A stretch of DNA of 64,000 nucleotides from NCBI GenBank assembly GCA_903959905.1, contig CAJBYO010000007.1:8164-72163 (forward strand), in the 5' to 3' direction. Under the pieces are notes generated by a model. That model did no database searches, was not told the DNA's origin, and saw nothing but the letters and a program-made list of their open reading frames with translations. Numbering within the stretch: the first letter of the stretch is position 1; each line of letters starts with the position of its first letter. Origin of the DNA: an uncultured Bacteroidales bacterium (GTDB taxonomy: Bacteria; Bacteroidota; Bacteroidia; Bacteroidales; FEN-979). Below, one piece after another: positions 56,413 to 64,000 of this stretch. Made by a program: the position numbers and the translations under genes.

Positions 56413-57285
56413 TTATTTCTTTAATGCGCTTATCATCGCAGTGCCCAGATCCGCTGGTGAATCAACTACATGAACACCACATTCCCGGAGAATTGCTTTT
56501 TTAGCTTCAGCTGTGTCGGACTTTCCGCCAACGATAGCGCCTGCATGGCCCATTGTGCGGCCTTTGGGGGCAGTTGCACCGGCGATGAAGCTTACCACCG
56601 GCTTTGTCCCGTATTCCTTGATCCAGTAACCGGCATCCGTTTCCATGTTTCCGCCAATTTCACCGATCATGATGATCCCTTCGGTGGCAGGATCTTCCAT
56701 AAAGAGTTGAACCGCGTCGAGGATGGTGGTTCCCGGGATGGGGTCGCCGCCCACGCCCACCATGGTGGTTTGTCCGAGACCTGCCTTGGTGATCTGGTCA
56801 ACCGCTTCGTACGACAAGGTCCCTGAGCGGGAAACAATGCCAATAGAACCTTCTTTGTGAATAAAACCGGGCATGATGCCGATCTTGGTGCTGGGCGGCG
56901 TAATGATGCCCGGGCAGTTTGGACCGATCATGCGGATGTTGTGACATTTCAGGTATTCCTTCACAGGGATCATGTCTTTCACAGGAATTCCTTCGGTAAT
57001 GCAAACGATCAGGCCGATCCCGGCTTCAGCTGCCTCAAGAATGGCATCGGCTGCCATGGGGGGTGGGACGAAGATCACGGAAACATTGGCCCCGGTTGCC
57101 TTAACCGCTTCAGAAACAGTGTTGAAAACAGGTTTGCCGAGGTGAGTCTGGCCACCTTTTCCGGGTGTCACCCCGCCGGCAACGTTTGTGCCGTATTCAA
57201 TCATCTGGCCTGCGTGAAATGAGCCCTCATGGCCGGTGATGCCCTGAACGATTACGATGGAATTCTTGTCGACTAAAATGCTCAT
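56413..57285 (-). CDS. sucD: succinate--CoA ligase subunit alpha
   Basis: [11 protein letters not shown]..., SRSGTLSYE, catalytic MGHAGAIV. 290 aa. No sucC next to it. Confidence 0.96.
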   Translation of the reverse strand: MSILVDKNSIVIVQGITGHEGSFHAGQMIEYGTNVAGGVTPGKGGQTHLGKPVFNTVSEAVKATGANVSVIFVPPPMAADAILEAAEAGIGLIVCITEGIPVKDMIPVKEYLKCHNIRMIGPNCPGIITPPSTKIGIMPGFIHKEGSIGIVSRSGTLSYEAVDQITKAGLGQTTMVGVGGDPIPGTTILDAVQLFMEDPATEGIIMIGEIGGNMETDAGYWIKEYGTKPVVSFIAGATAPKGRTMGHAGAIVGGKSDTAEAKKAILRECGVHVVDSPADLGTAMISALKK

Positions 57286-57296
57286 GGAGAAGGGAG

Positions 57297-57369
57297 TTAC
57301 GAATTACAAGTTACAAATTACAAGTGACGAATTAAAATGACGAATATGCGAATGACGAATATGCGAATG
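57297..57369. repeat. 14-mer (TTAC[G/A]AATTACAAG x2) followed by 15-mer AATGACGAATATGCG x2 plus a partial unit
   Basis: TTACGAATTACAAG at 57297-310 and TTACAAATTACAAG at 57311-324. AATGACGAATATGCG at 57336-350 and 57351-365, then AATG. Lies in the sucD 5' region. Confidence 0.9.
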
Positions 57370-57393
57370 GCAGATAGCAGGCGTTTCGCGGGT

Positions 57394-57401
57394 CAAAGAT
57401 A
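57394..57401 (-). promoter_or_regulatory. candidate -7 promoter element (TATCTTTG) for sucD
   Basis: Exact TAnnTTTG match on the minus strand about 109 nt upstream of the sucD ATG. The predicted leader would contain the 15-mer and 14-mer repeats. Confidence 0.3.
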
Positions 57402-57434
57402 ATGTCTTTTATAAAATTTTAAAGACTTTTGGGA

Positions 57435-57442
57435 TAAATTTG
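57435..57442 (+). promoter_or_regulatory. candidate -7 promoter element (TAAATTTG) for mnmE
   Basis: Exact TAnnTTTG match 90 nt upstream of the mnmE ATG at 57532. The predicted leader would contain the inverted 15-mer repeats. Confidence 0.35.
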
Positions 57443-57454
57443 TTGTGCCCCCTA

Positions 57455-57487
57455 TTCATCATTCGCATATTCGTCATTCGCATATTC
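57455..57487. repeat. inverted copies of the 15-mer (CGCATATTCGTCATT), about 2.5 units
   Basis: TTCATCATT-CGCATATTCGTCATT-CGCATATTC. The full unit at 57464-57478 is the exact reverse complement of AATGACGAATATGCG. Confidence 0.9.
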
Positions 57488-57531
57488 TTCAACTCCGTAT
57501 CTTTGGCAAAAATCGTATAACCCTCCTTCCC

Positions 57532-58929
57532 ATGAGCACCTTCCAACTCCACGATACCATCTGTGCCCTGTCAACCGCCCCGGGAACGGGTGCCATTGCG
57601 GTGATCAGGTTGTCGGGGCCCGCTGCGTTTGAAACCATTGGCAAGGTGTTTAAACCGGTCGGTAAGAACTTTGAAATGGCTACCGTGGCGTCGCACACCA
57701 TTCACCTCGGGGTGATTGGCGAAGGATCAGACATTGTGGATGAAGTGCTGATCAGCTGTTTCCGGGCGCCCCACTCCTACACTGGCGAGGATGTGATTGA
57801 AATTTCCTGCCATGGCTCGGTTTTCATCCAGCAAAAGATACTGGAACTGATGTTCTCCCTGGGGCTTCGACTTGCAAGGCCGGGAGAATTCACCTTCCGC
57901 GCATTCATGAACAGGAAGTTTGACCTTTCGCAGGCCGAAGCCGTTGCCGACCTTATTGCGTCGCAGTCGGGCACTTCACACGACCTGGCCATCAGCCAGA
58001 TGCGCGGCGGATTTTCAAAAAAGATCGGGGCGCTGAGAAAGTCACTCATTGAGTTCACTTCGCTGATTGAGCTTGAACTTGATTTCAGCGAAGAACACAT
58101 GATCTTTGCCGACCGTTCAGACCTGAATCAACTACTTGATCACCTGGAAGATGAACTGAGTCAATTGATCAATTCGTTCAGCCTTGGAAATGTGATTAAA
58201 AACGGCATCCCGGTGGCCATCATTGGCAAGCCCAACGTAGGAAAATCGACCCTGCTGAATGCCATCCTGAATGAGGAAAAAGCCATCGTTTCTGACATTC
58301 CGGGCACCACCCGCGATGCCATTGAAGACACCATCGTAATCGGTGGCTACAGTTTTCGGTTTATTGACACGGCCGGGTTGCGTGCCTCCGAGGACAGGAT
58401 TGAAACAATCGGCATCAGCCGGACCTGGGAGAAGATCGGTGAGGCAAATATCATTCTCTATGTATTTGATGCCACTGAGCAGTCGTTTGAGGATGTAATG
58501 GAAGCCATAGAGGAACTGAAGCGCCCGGAGGATGGCAAACCGTTCAATCTAGTCCTGATCGGCAATAAGACCGACATGCTGGACCATCTTCCGAAGGGCT
58601 TCAAAGATTTTGTTGAATACGAAACCATCTTCGTTTCAGGAAAGCGCAAAGAGAACATCCACCTGATTGCCGAGCACCTTGTGGAAGTTGTTGCCAGGAC
58701 AAAAACAACCGACACCACCATCGTTTCAAACACACGGCACTACGAGGCCCTACAGGGCGCTTACCACTCCATCATCTGTGTCCGCGACGGGCTGCGTGAA
58801 GGTGTTTCACCGGATTTGCTTACGGTTGATATCCACAAGGCGCTTTATCACCTTGGCGAGATTACCGGGGAGATTACGACGGATGAGATACTGGGGGCGA
58901 TTTTCAGTAGATTCTGCATCGGAAAGTAA
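57532..58929 (+). CDS. mnmE: tRNA uridine-5-carboxymethylaminomethyl(34) synthesis GTPase MnmE
   Basis: DTICALSTAPGTGAIAVIRLSG N-domain. G-domain motifs GKPNVGKSTLLN, DTAG, NKTD. C-terminal FCIGK. I chose the start at 57532 because the upstream 29 codons of the tracked ORF read through the repeat. Confidence 0.96.
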   Translation: MSTFQLHDTICALSTAPGTGAIAVIRLSGPAAFETIGKVFKPVGKNFEMATVASHTIHLGVIGEGSDIVDEVLISCFRAPHSYTGEDVIEISCHGSVFIQQKILELMFSLGLRLARPGEFTFRAFMNRKFDLSQAEAVADLIASQSGTSHDLAISQMRGGFSKKIGALRKSLIEFTSLIELELDFSEEHMIFADRSDLNQLLDHLEDELSQLINSFSLGNVIKNGIPVAIIGKPNVGKSTLLNAILNEEKAIVSDIPGTTRDAIEDTIVIGGYSFRFIDTAGLRASEDRIETIGISRTWEKIGEANIILYVFDATEQSFEDVMEAIEELKRPEDGKPFNLVLIGNKTDMLDHLPKGFKDFVEYETIFVSGKRKENIHLIAEHLVEVVARTKTTDTTIVSNTRHYEALQGAYHSIICVRDGLREGVSPDLLTVDIHKALYHLGEITGEITTDEILGAIFSRFCIGK

Positions 58930-58972
58930 CCGGTACAAAACGAACACATAACCAAAACTGTATAAGTAATGT

Positions 58973-58999
58973 AAAGCCCAGTAAATATGGGCTTTTTTA
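58973..58999 (+). terminator. rho-independent terminator of mnmE
   Basis: AAAGCCCA-GTAAATA-TGGGCTTT forms an 8-bp stem with a 7-nt loop, followed by TTTT. Located 44 nt after the mnmE stop. Confidence 0.75.
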
Positions 59000-59051
59000 A
59001 TTATTATTGTTAATATCTTTTACGTACCGTTAGTGATCCGTTCGGTATATG

Positions 59052-59101
59052 TTTGTACCTTTGTTGTACCTCAAATAAAATAGCAGAGAATATTTGTACC
59101 T
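59052..59101. repeat. three direct (T/G)TTGTACCT repeats upstream of the element's first gene
   Basis: TTTGTACCT at 59052-60, GTTGTACCT at 59063-71, TTTGTACCT at 59093-101. These are candidate integrase arm-type or att-proximal binding sites. Confidence 0.6.
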
Positions 59102-59163
59102 CCAACCATTAAATGGAGAATTAACTTGACACTTTTAAACACAATTATACATTTACATGCAAA

Positions 59164-59727
59164 ATGAGCACAAATATTAAGGTACAACGGATTTGTCAAT
59201 TTTGTGGAAAAGAATTTACGGCCAGAACTACTGTCACTCAATATTGCGGTGATAATTGCTCAAAACGTGCATATAAAGCACGGCAACGAGCTACAAAGGT
59301 AGAGACAAGCAATAAAGAGACCCTGCAGATTAAAACAAAACCAATTGAAGAACTTAAGGTTCAAGAATTCCTCAGTGTCCGACATGTGGCCAAACTGATA
59401 GGATCTTCAAGACAAACCGTTTATAACCTTATTAACACTGGGAAATTGCAAGCTGTAAATATCTTAAAGAAAAAAACTATTGTCAGGCGCTGCGATTTGG
59501 ATAAACTTTTCGAACAGCCCACTCCCATCATACAGCAGGCAGATAATAACCCCGAACCATTGCACTACGAAATTGACGATTGTTACACCCTTAAAGAAGT
59601 CCAGGACAAATACGGAGTATCCGAAACAACTTTACAAAATCTGATAAAACGAAATAATATTCCGAAAATAAAAAAAGGCTGGTTCGCTTATGTTCCGAAA
59701 AAAATGATTGATAATATACTGACATAA
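59164..59727 (+). CDS. DNA-binding protein: N-terminal CxxC...CxxxC zinc-ribbon plus two excisionase/MerR-type HTH domains
   Basis: CQFCGKEFTARTTVTQYCGDNCSK, then LSVRHVAKLIGSSRQTVYNLINTGKLQA and YTLKEVQDKYGVSETTLQNLIKRNNIP. Confidence 0.7.
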   Translation: MSTNIKVQRICQFCGKEFTARTTVTQYCGDNCSKRAYKARQRATKVETSNKETLQIKTKPIEELKVQEFLSVRHVAKLIGSSRQTVYNLINTGKLQAVNILKKKTIVRRCDLDKLFEQPTPIIQQADNNPEPLHYEIDDCYTLKEVQDKYGVSETTLQNLIKRNNIPKIKKGWFAYVPKKMIDNILT

Positions 59728-59735
59728 TAATATAT

Positions 59736-60974
59736 ATGGTTACCAAGGTAAAGCTAAGATTTAAGAATATATCAGAAAACAGGCAAAGTCTGTACCTCGA
59801 TTTTTATCCCCCGATCCTCCATCCTGAAACGGACAAACCCACCCGAAGGGAGTTCCTGAACCTATTCCTGTTCAATGAGAATGAGACTGAAGAACAAATG
59901 TACCTTGATAAAAATGGCAAGGAAAAGAAGCGATTGATCCCTCTTGTGGGAAAGAAGGGTGAACCAAAAAAAATCAGGTTGAACCCGATTGATAAGAAAC
60001 ATAATGAGGAAACCCTTCAGATTGCTGAACAGATCAGGCAGAAAAGGGATAATCAACTGAATAAGCCGGAAATATACACCGGTTACGAGAAGGCCCAGTT
60101 AAAGATCAGGGAAATGGAGAATACCTCCTTTTTAGAATATTTCTGTGAACTTAAGGATAAAAGGAAGGCCTCCAACCATGATAACTGGGTTTCGGCTTAT
60201 CATTACCTAGAAAAATTCACCGGCGGAAAATTAAAATTTGTTGATCTCGATGAAAAATTCTGCAATGATTTTAAGGATTACCTCTGCAATACCTACAGTA
60301 ACCGAAGCGAAATAGTAAAACTTTCTCAAAATTCAGCCTTTTCCTATTTCAACAAATTTAAAGCAACGCTTAAACAGGCGCACAAAGACGGATTTCTCCG
60401 CTATAATTTAAATGCCAGGATAGATCGTATTAAGGAAGCTGAAACCCATCGGAATTTCTTAACCATGGAAGAATTGAATAACCTGATACAGAAGGATTGT
60501 CTAAACCCTTTGTTAAAAAATGCAGCTTTATTCTCTGCACTCACCGGATTCCGTTTCGGAGATATTGCAAAACTTACATGGGGTGAAGTGGAATTTATCA
60601 AGGGTAACGGGTACTTTATCCAATTCACCCAGCAAAAGACAAATGGCGTAGAAATGATGCCAATTTCGGAACAAGCCTATAACCTGATGGGGGAGCGCAA
60701 AGAGCCAAATCAAAAAGTTTTTAATGGGCTTACCTATTCTGCTTATTCCAATAAACATTTAGCCCAATGGATCGGTTCTGCCGGGATCACAAAGAATATA
60801 ACATTTCATTGCTTCAGGCATACCTACGCAACATTGCAGCTAAGCAATGGAACAGATTTTTACACTGTTTCAAAAATGCTTGGACACCGGGATCCAAGAA
60901 CGACCCAGGTTTATACCAAGATTATAAACCAGGCCAAACGTGATGCCGCAGACAAAATAATATTAAAGTTTTAG
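59736..60974 (+). CDS. int: site-specific tyrosine recombinase (phage-integrase family)
   Basis: The C-terminal catalytic region has GFRFGD (Arg I), HCFRHTYAT (H-x-x-R) and LGHRDPRTTQVYTKI (nucleophile Tyr). The N-terminal arm-binding and SAM-like domains are typical of Bacteroidota element integrases. Confidence 0.92.
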   Translation: MVTKVKLRFKNISENRQSLYLDFYPPILHPETDKPTRREFLNLFLFNENETEEQMYLDKNGKEKKRLIPLVGKKGEPKKIRLNPIDKKHNEETLQIAEQIRQKRDNQLNKPEIYTGYEKAQLKIREMENTSFLEYFCELKDKRKASNHDNWVSAYHYLEKFTGGKLKFVDLDEKFCNDFKDYLCNTYSNRSEIVKLSQNSAFSYFNKFKATLKQAHKDGFLRYNLNARIDRIKEAETHRNFLTMEELNNLIQKDCLNPLLKNAALFSALTGFRFGDIAKLTWGEVEFIKGNGYFIQFTQQKTNGVEMMPISEQAYNLMGERKEPNQKVFNGLTYSAYSNKHLAQWIGSAGITKNITFHCFRHTYATLQLSNGTDFYTVSKMLGHRDPRTTQVYTKIINQAKRDAADKIILKF

Positions 60975-61007
60975 CTTTCCGCACCCACTATATATCCCAA
61001 AATCCTT

Positions 61008-61934
61008 ATGAAAACCAATGCATTGGATAAATGCCTGAATATTCTTTCATTTCAACAGGACAACGACCAACAGAAAATAGAAGTACTTGCCGGGATGGAT
61101 AACAACCTGCATGAAGAATTCGTTGAGCCCTTCAGGAGGGAGCTTGGGTTAAATCTGTTGACAAAATCGACATCCCAGGAGAAGAAGGATCTGCTCATGT
61201 TTTACATCGATGAAGTTGACAGGGTAATCGTTATTCCTAAAAAATTTGAAGATATTGAACCCGTGCATCTCGAAATCGATGAACTATATTATCCTATTTG
61301 GTACAAAGGGCAGGATGTATCGGATGATCTTGGAATTTCAGAAGTCAGGGCCCACTATCTCTTTTCATTACTTTTCGTGGTAATCCAGGACTATTGCATT
61401 CTGTATAACATCCCATTTCTGGAAATTTGCAATGACCGTTTTTTCATCCTGGAAACGATCAACCTTAGCCCAACAAAGGAACGCGAAGAACTGACAGGCA
61501 TAATTTTACCAACAATAAAGGAACGGGAACCTGCCATGCCGGTTATCAAACCTATCTTTGTTAACGAATCAATATCTGAAATTTATGAGATCCTCCGGGA
61601 TTTTTTTTCTCCGGAAGATCAAATTGAGTTTTATGCGCTGCTGAACGGCGGCGAGAATGCTCCTAAACCTTTGTTATTCCTTGGCTCCGGAAACCGGCTG
61701 GCGGATGCCTTCAAACAATTATACGATTGCGATATCATCAGAGGTTGCCAGAAGAAGGAGCTTGAATACTGGATTAGCATTAATTTTTCATACCGTTACC
61801 GGAATAAACTGAAAACATACACACTGCCTTATCTGAGCGAAATCATGTCAACCAGAAAAGATAAGTGTCAAAAGCCAGTTCTGAACATCATACTCGAAAA
61901 AGCGACGGGAACCTATCTTATCTGCAAAATATAA
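61008..61934 (+). CDS. hypothetical protein of the mobile element
   Basis: 308-aa ORF with no motif I can assign. The C-terminal third is loosely reminiscent of RteC-type regulators, which is a weak impression only. Confidence 0.5.
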   Translation: MKTNALDKCLNILSFQQDNDQQKIEVLAGMDNNLHEEFVEPFRRELGLNLLTKSTSQEKKDLLMFYIDEVDRVIVIPKKFEDIEPVHLEIDELYYPIWYKGQDVSDDLGISEVRAHYLFSLLFVVIQDYCILYNIPFLEICNDRFFILETINLSPTKEREELTGIILPTIKEREPAMPVIKPIFVNESISEIYEILRDFFSPEDQIEFYALLNGGENAPKPLLFLGSGNRLADAFKQLYDCDIIRGCQKKELEYWISINFSYRYRNKLKTYTLPYLSEIMSTRKDKCQKPVLNIILEKATGTYLICKI

Positions 61935-62009
61935 AATCTTAACCGGGTTTTGACCATGTTGCTCCCAACCATATTGTAACCCTGCTAACTGACCCGGTAA
62001 CATTGCTGC

Positions 62010-62381
62010 ATGTTTCACAAATTAAACATGTACGCAATGGAAATGACATTTGAAAAATTACCCGAAGCTGTAAGCCAGTTATTTGACAAACTGGAAATCA
62101 TTGAACAGCTGTTACTTTCAAAAAGTAACACTCCCCTACCCGAAGCCGATCAATTATTAACAATCAAGCAGGCTGCTGCAATCCTCCATTTGTCGGTCCC
62201 TACCGTTTATGGTTTGGTACAACGGAAAGAAGTTCCCGTTTGTAAACGAGGCAACCGCCTGTATTTTTCCCACCAGGAGCTCACCGGATGGATCAAGTCC
62301 GGCAAGAAAAAGACCAATTCCGAGATTGAGGCCGTCGCTGACGCCTATATTTCTGTAAAAAAGAATCGGAGATCCTTTTAA
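62010..62381 (+). CDS. excisionase-family helix-turn-helix DNA-binding protein
   Basis: LLTIKQAAAILHLSVPTVYGLVQRKEVPVCKRGNRLYFSHQELTGWI is a classic HTH_17 excisionase motif. The true start is probably one of the internal Met codons at 62028-62043 (MEMTFEKLPEAV). Confidence 0.8.
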   Translation: MFHKLNMYAMEMTFEKLPEAVSQLFDKLEIIEQLLLSKSNTPLPEADQLLTIKQAAAILHLSVPTVYGLVQRKEVPVCKRGNRLYFSHQELTGWIKSGKKKTNSEIEAVADAYISVKKNRRSF

Positions 62382-62448
62382 CCAAACATCCAAAGCCGTT
62401 TTCAATTCACAGAATATTTTCATGTGTCAGGGATTTCACCAGTGTTGA

Positions 62449-63660
62449 ATGCCCGGGCAAATAACCTCTCGGATGAAAAAACAAAAGAACACGGAAGAAA
62501 CGACTTCCGAAAATAGAAAACCTCTTGCAATTGTAGAGGTTCAGGAAGCGCTCAAGGACTGGTATGACCTTCGGTTTAACGAAATCACCGGCGTTGTCGA
62601 AGGGCGTAAAAAGGGGGAACCGGATTATAAAGTGCTCAATGAGAACAATCTCTTCATCCAACTACTGACCAATGGTTACCGGATTTCGTTTGGAAACCTT
62701 TGCGCGTTGCTCAATTCGGAGTTTGTTGAGACTTACAATCCATTTAAACATTACCTGGCAGGGCTGCCTGCCTGGAATCCCGGTGACAGGGACTATATCG
62801 ATGCACTGGCCAAACATGTGAAAGCTATTGATCAGGAGCAATTTGACCACCATTTAAAAAAGATGTTTGTGCGAATGATTTCCTGTGCCATCGATGACCG
62901 GTCATTTAATAAACATGCCTTTATCCTGGTGGGACACGTACAGCATACTGGTAAAAGCACCTACTGCCGGTACTTTTGTCCGCCGGCTCTCCACAATTAT
63001 TATACTGAGTCACTTCCAGGAGACAAAGACGGGTTGATCAGCCTGTGTGAAAATATCATTATCAACCTGGATGAACTAAGTTCCCGCACTAAATTCGAGC
63101 TTAATCAGCTGAAAAGCCTTTTTTCCAAAGACAGTGTAAGGGTTCGTCATCCTTTTGCACGGAAAGCGCAAACCGATCCCCGCAGGGCTTCATTTGTCGG
63201 ATCAACGAATGAAGATACATTCCTCACCGATACTACGGGGAGCGTACGATGGTTGTGTTTTGAGATTGAGAAAATCAACTTTGCCTATTATGATATTCCA
63301 ATAGACCTGGTTTGGAGCCAGGCATACTCCCTTTACAAGAGTGGTTTCAAATTTCAGCTGACACGAGAAGAAATAAAGGAGAATGAAACCCGGAATCAGC
63401 AGTTCCAGCAAAATAGCGTAGAGTATGAATACATCCAAAAATACCTGACTCCCGGAACGGATTTCGACAACGATGCCTTCAGAACTGCCAGTGAAATCAG
63501 AGATTATCTGTTTTCCATGTCAGATCGCAGAGCCGAGTTGAGAAGTGTTGAAAAAGTTGGAAAAGCGCTTGTTCAGCTGGGTTTTCCGAAGGGCTCTAAA
63601 AGAGTTCAGGGAAACGCGTTTCCGGTTTATGGCTATTTTATTAAGGAACAAAATGTTTAA
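62449..63660 (+). CDS. VirE-like (virulence-associated protein E family) P-loop NTPase, primase/helicase-associated
   Basis: Walker A-like GHVQHTGKST and Walker B IIINLDEL. Size and position upstream of a toprim primase gene match Bacteroidota mobilizable elements. Confidence 0.7.
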   Translation: MPGQITSRMKKQKNTEETTSENRKPLAIVEVQEALKDWYDLRFNEITGVVEGRKKGEPDYKVLNENNLFIQLLTNGYRISFGNLCALLNSEFVETYNPFKHYLAGLPAWNPGDRDYIDALAKHVKAIDQEQFDHHLKKMFVRMISCAIDDRSFNKHAFILVGHVQHTGKSTYCRYFCPPALHNYYTESLPGDKDGLISLCENIIINLDELSSRTKFELNQLKSLFSKDSVRVRHPFARKAQTDPRRASFVGSTNEDTFLTDTTGSVRWLCFEIEKINFAYYDIPIDLVWSQAYSLYKSGFKFQLTREEIKENETRNQQFQQNSVEYEYIQKYLTPGTDFDNDAFRTASEIRDYLFSMSDRRAELRSVEKVGKALVQLGFPKGSKRVQGNAFPVYGYFIKEQNV

Positions 63661-63666
63661 TATTCA

Positions 63667-63803
63667 CTTACTACACTTACTACATTATGTTGTTAATCAA
63701 TATTATCAAGGGTTTTCATTGTAGTAAGTGTTTCATTGAATCCTACTACAACCTACTACACAGCTTCATGTTTTAATGGATGTAGTAAGATAGTAGGTGT
63801 AGT
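63667..63803. repeat. iteron-like cluster of (C/T)TACTACA motifs in both orientations
   Basis: CTTACTACA x2 tandem (63667-63684). Inverted TGTAGTAAG (63720-63728). CCTACTACA x2 (63742-50 and 63752-60). TGTAGTAAG (63781-89), then TAGTAGGTGTAGT (63791-63803). Confidence 0.85.
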
Positions 63804-63888
63804 TGCCAACTACTTCAATAAGATAAAAATGTTCTATTTTTTTTAATCATCAGAATAACAGTCGAATATACTGAAAAACAAAATCCTA

Positions 63889-64000
63889 ATGAATATCTCA
63901 GAGGCGAGGAAAACTCATTTAATGGACTACCTGAATCAAAACGGACATAAACCCATCAAAATCCAGTATGGAAATGCATGGTTCATTAGTCCCATGCGCC
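63889..64000 (+). CDS. toprim-domain DNA primase, N-terminal fragment (runs off the window)
   Basis: My translation MNISEARKTHLMDYLNQNGHKPIKIQYGNAWFISPMR matches the characteristic N-terminus (…YWYLSPLR-type) of primases in Bacteroidota mobile elements. Confidence 0.65.
   Translation, partial: MNISEARKTHLMDYLNQNGHKPIKIQYGNAWFISPMR

Larger units (their letters stand above)
59000..64000. mobile_element. left end of an integrative (probably mobilizable) element, truncated by the window edge
   Basis: Gene set: Zn-ribbon/HTH protein, tyrosine integrase, unknown, excisionase-type HTH, VirE-like P-loop protein, toprim-primase start. All are on the + strand. The region is visibly more AT-rich than the flanking chromosome and begins right after the mnmE terminator. 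The exact left boundary (att) is not determined. Confidence 0.8.

Noticed and set aside
56311-57487. Possibility that the 15-mer arrays are a CRISPR array
   Set aside because: The units are directly abutting with no unique spacers. The period (15 bp) is far below CRISPR repeat-plus-spacer lengths. No cas genes are in the window.
57445-57531. 29-codon N-terminal extension of mnmE (MPPIHHSHIRHSHIL…)
   Set aside because: It reads through the inverted 15-mer repeat, starts only 3 nt downstream of the candidate -7 element (57435-57442) and so upstream of the expected transcription start, and is absent from the conserved MnmE N-terminus. The ATG at 57532 is preferred.
58930-59163. tRNA or tmRNA gene as the integration target of the mobile element
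   Set aside because: I could not fold any cloverleaf from this AT-rich region. No GTTC-type T-loop with a matching acceptor stem is visible. tRNAscan/ARAGORN would be the formal check.

Overview
This 64 kb window looks like a Bacteroidota chromosomal segment that includes dnaA. Support for that phylum: several secreted enzymes end in T9SS-type C-terminal sorting domains, the bamD-rpoZ-coaBC-DUF4835-recN gene order is present, and exact TAnnTTTG -7 promoter motifs sit upstream of many starts. About 50 densely packed CDSs are mostly housekeeping. Notable blocks: (1) an etfB-etfA / membrane Fe-S oxidoreductase / acyl-CoA dehydrogenase operon (1-4551). (2) An alpha-oxoamine synthase (sphingolipid or sulfonolipid type) tightly coupled to an uncharacterised polytopic membrane protein. 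(3) A set of T9SS-exported peptidases, one M14 and two tandem M1 paralogs. (4) serC-serA. (5) dnaA with an AT-rich upstream region. (6) An atypical alpha-glucan operon (45791-54781): debranching enzyme, GT4, a GH57 with a lysine-rich tail, and a 1416-aa fusion of a eukaryote-type GT3 glycogen synthase with a GT35 phosphorylase. (7) sucD and mnmE, divergently transcribed and embedded in unusual 14/15-bp and 8-bp tandem repeats. (8) From about 59.0 kb to the window edge, the AT-richer left end of an integrative, probably mobilizable, element (tyrosine integrase, HTH/excisionase-like proteins, VirE-like P-loop protein, toprim primase start). It is inserted just downstream of mnmE and its cargo lies outside the window. 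I found no rRNA, tRNA or CRISPR array. I see no clear-cut defence or toxin system inside the window. The most unusual items are the synthase-phosphorylase fusion operon, the repeat architecture around sucD/mnmE, two palindromic CGCAGATT elements, and the truncated mobile element. All functional calls rest on motifs I recognised by eye in the supplied translations. No database search was run.
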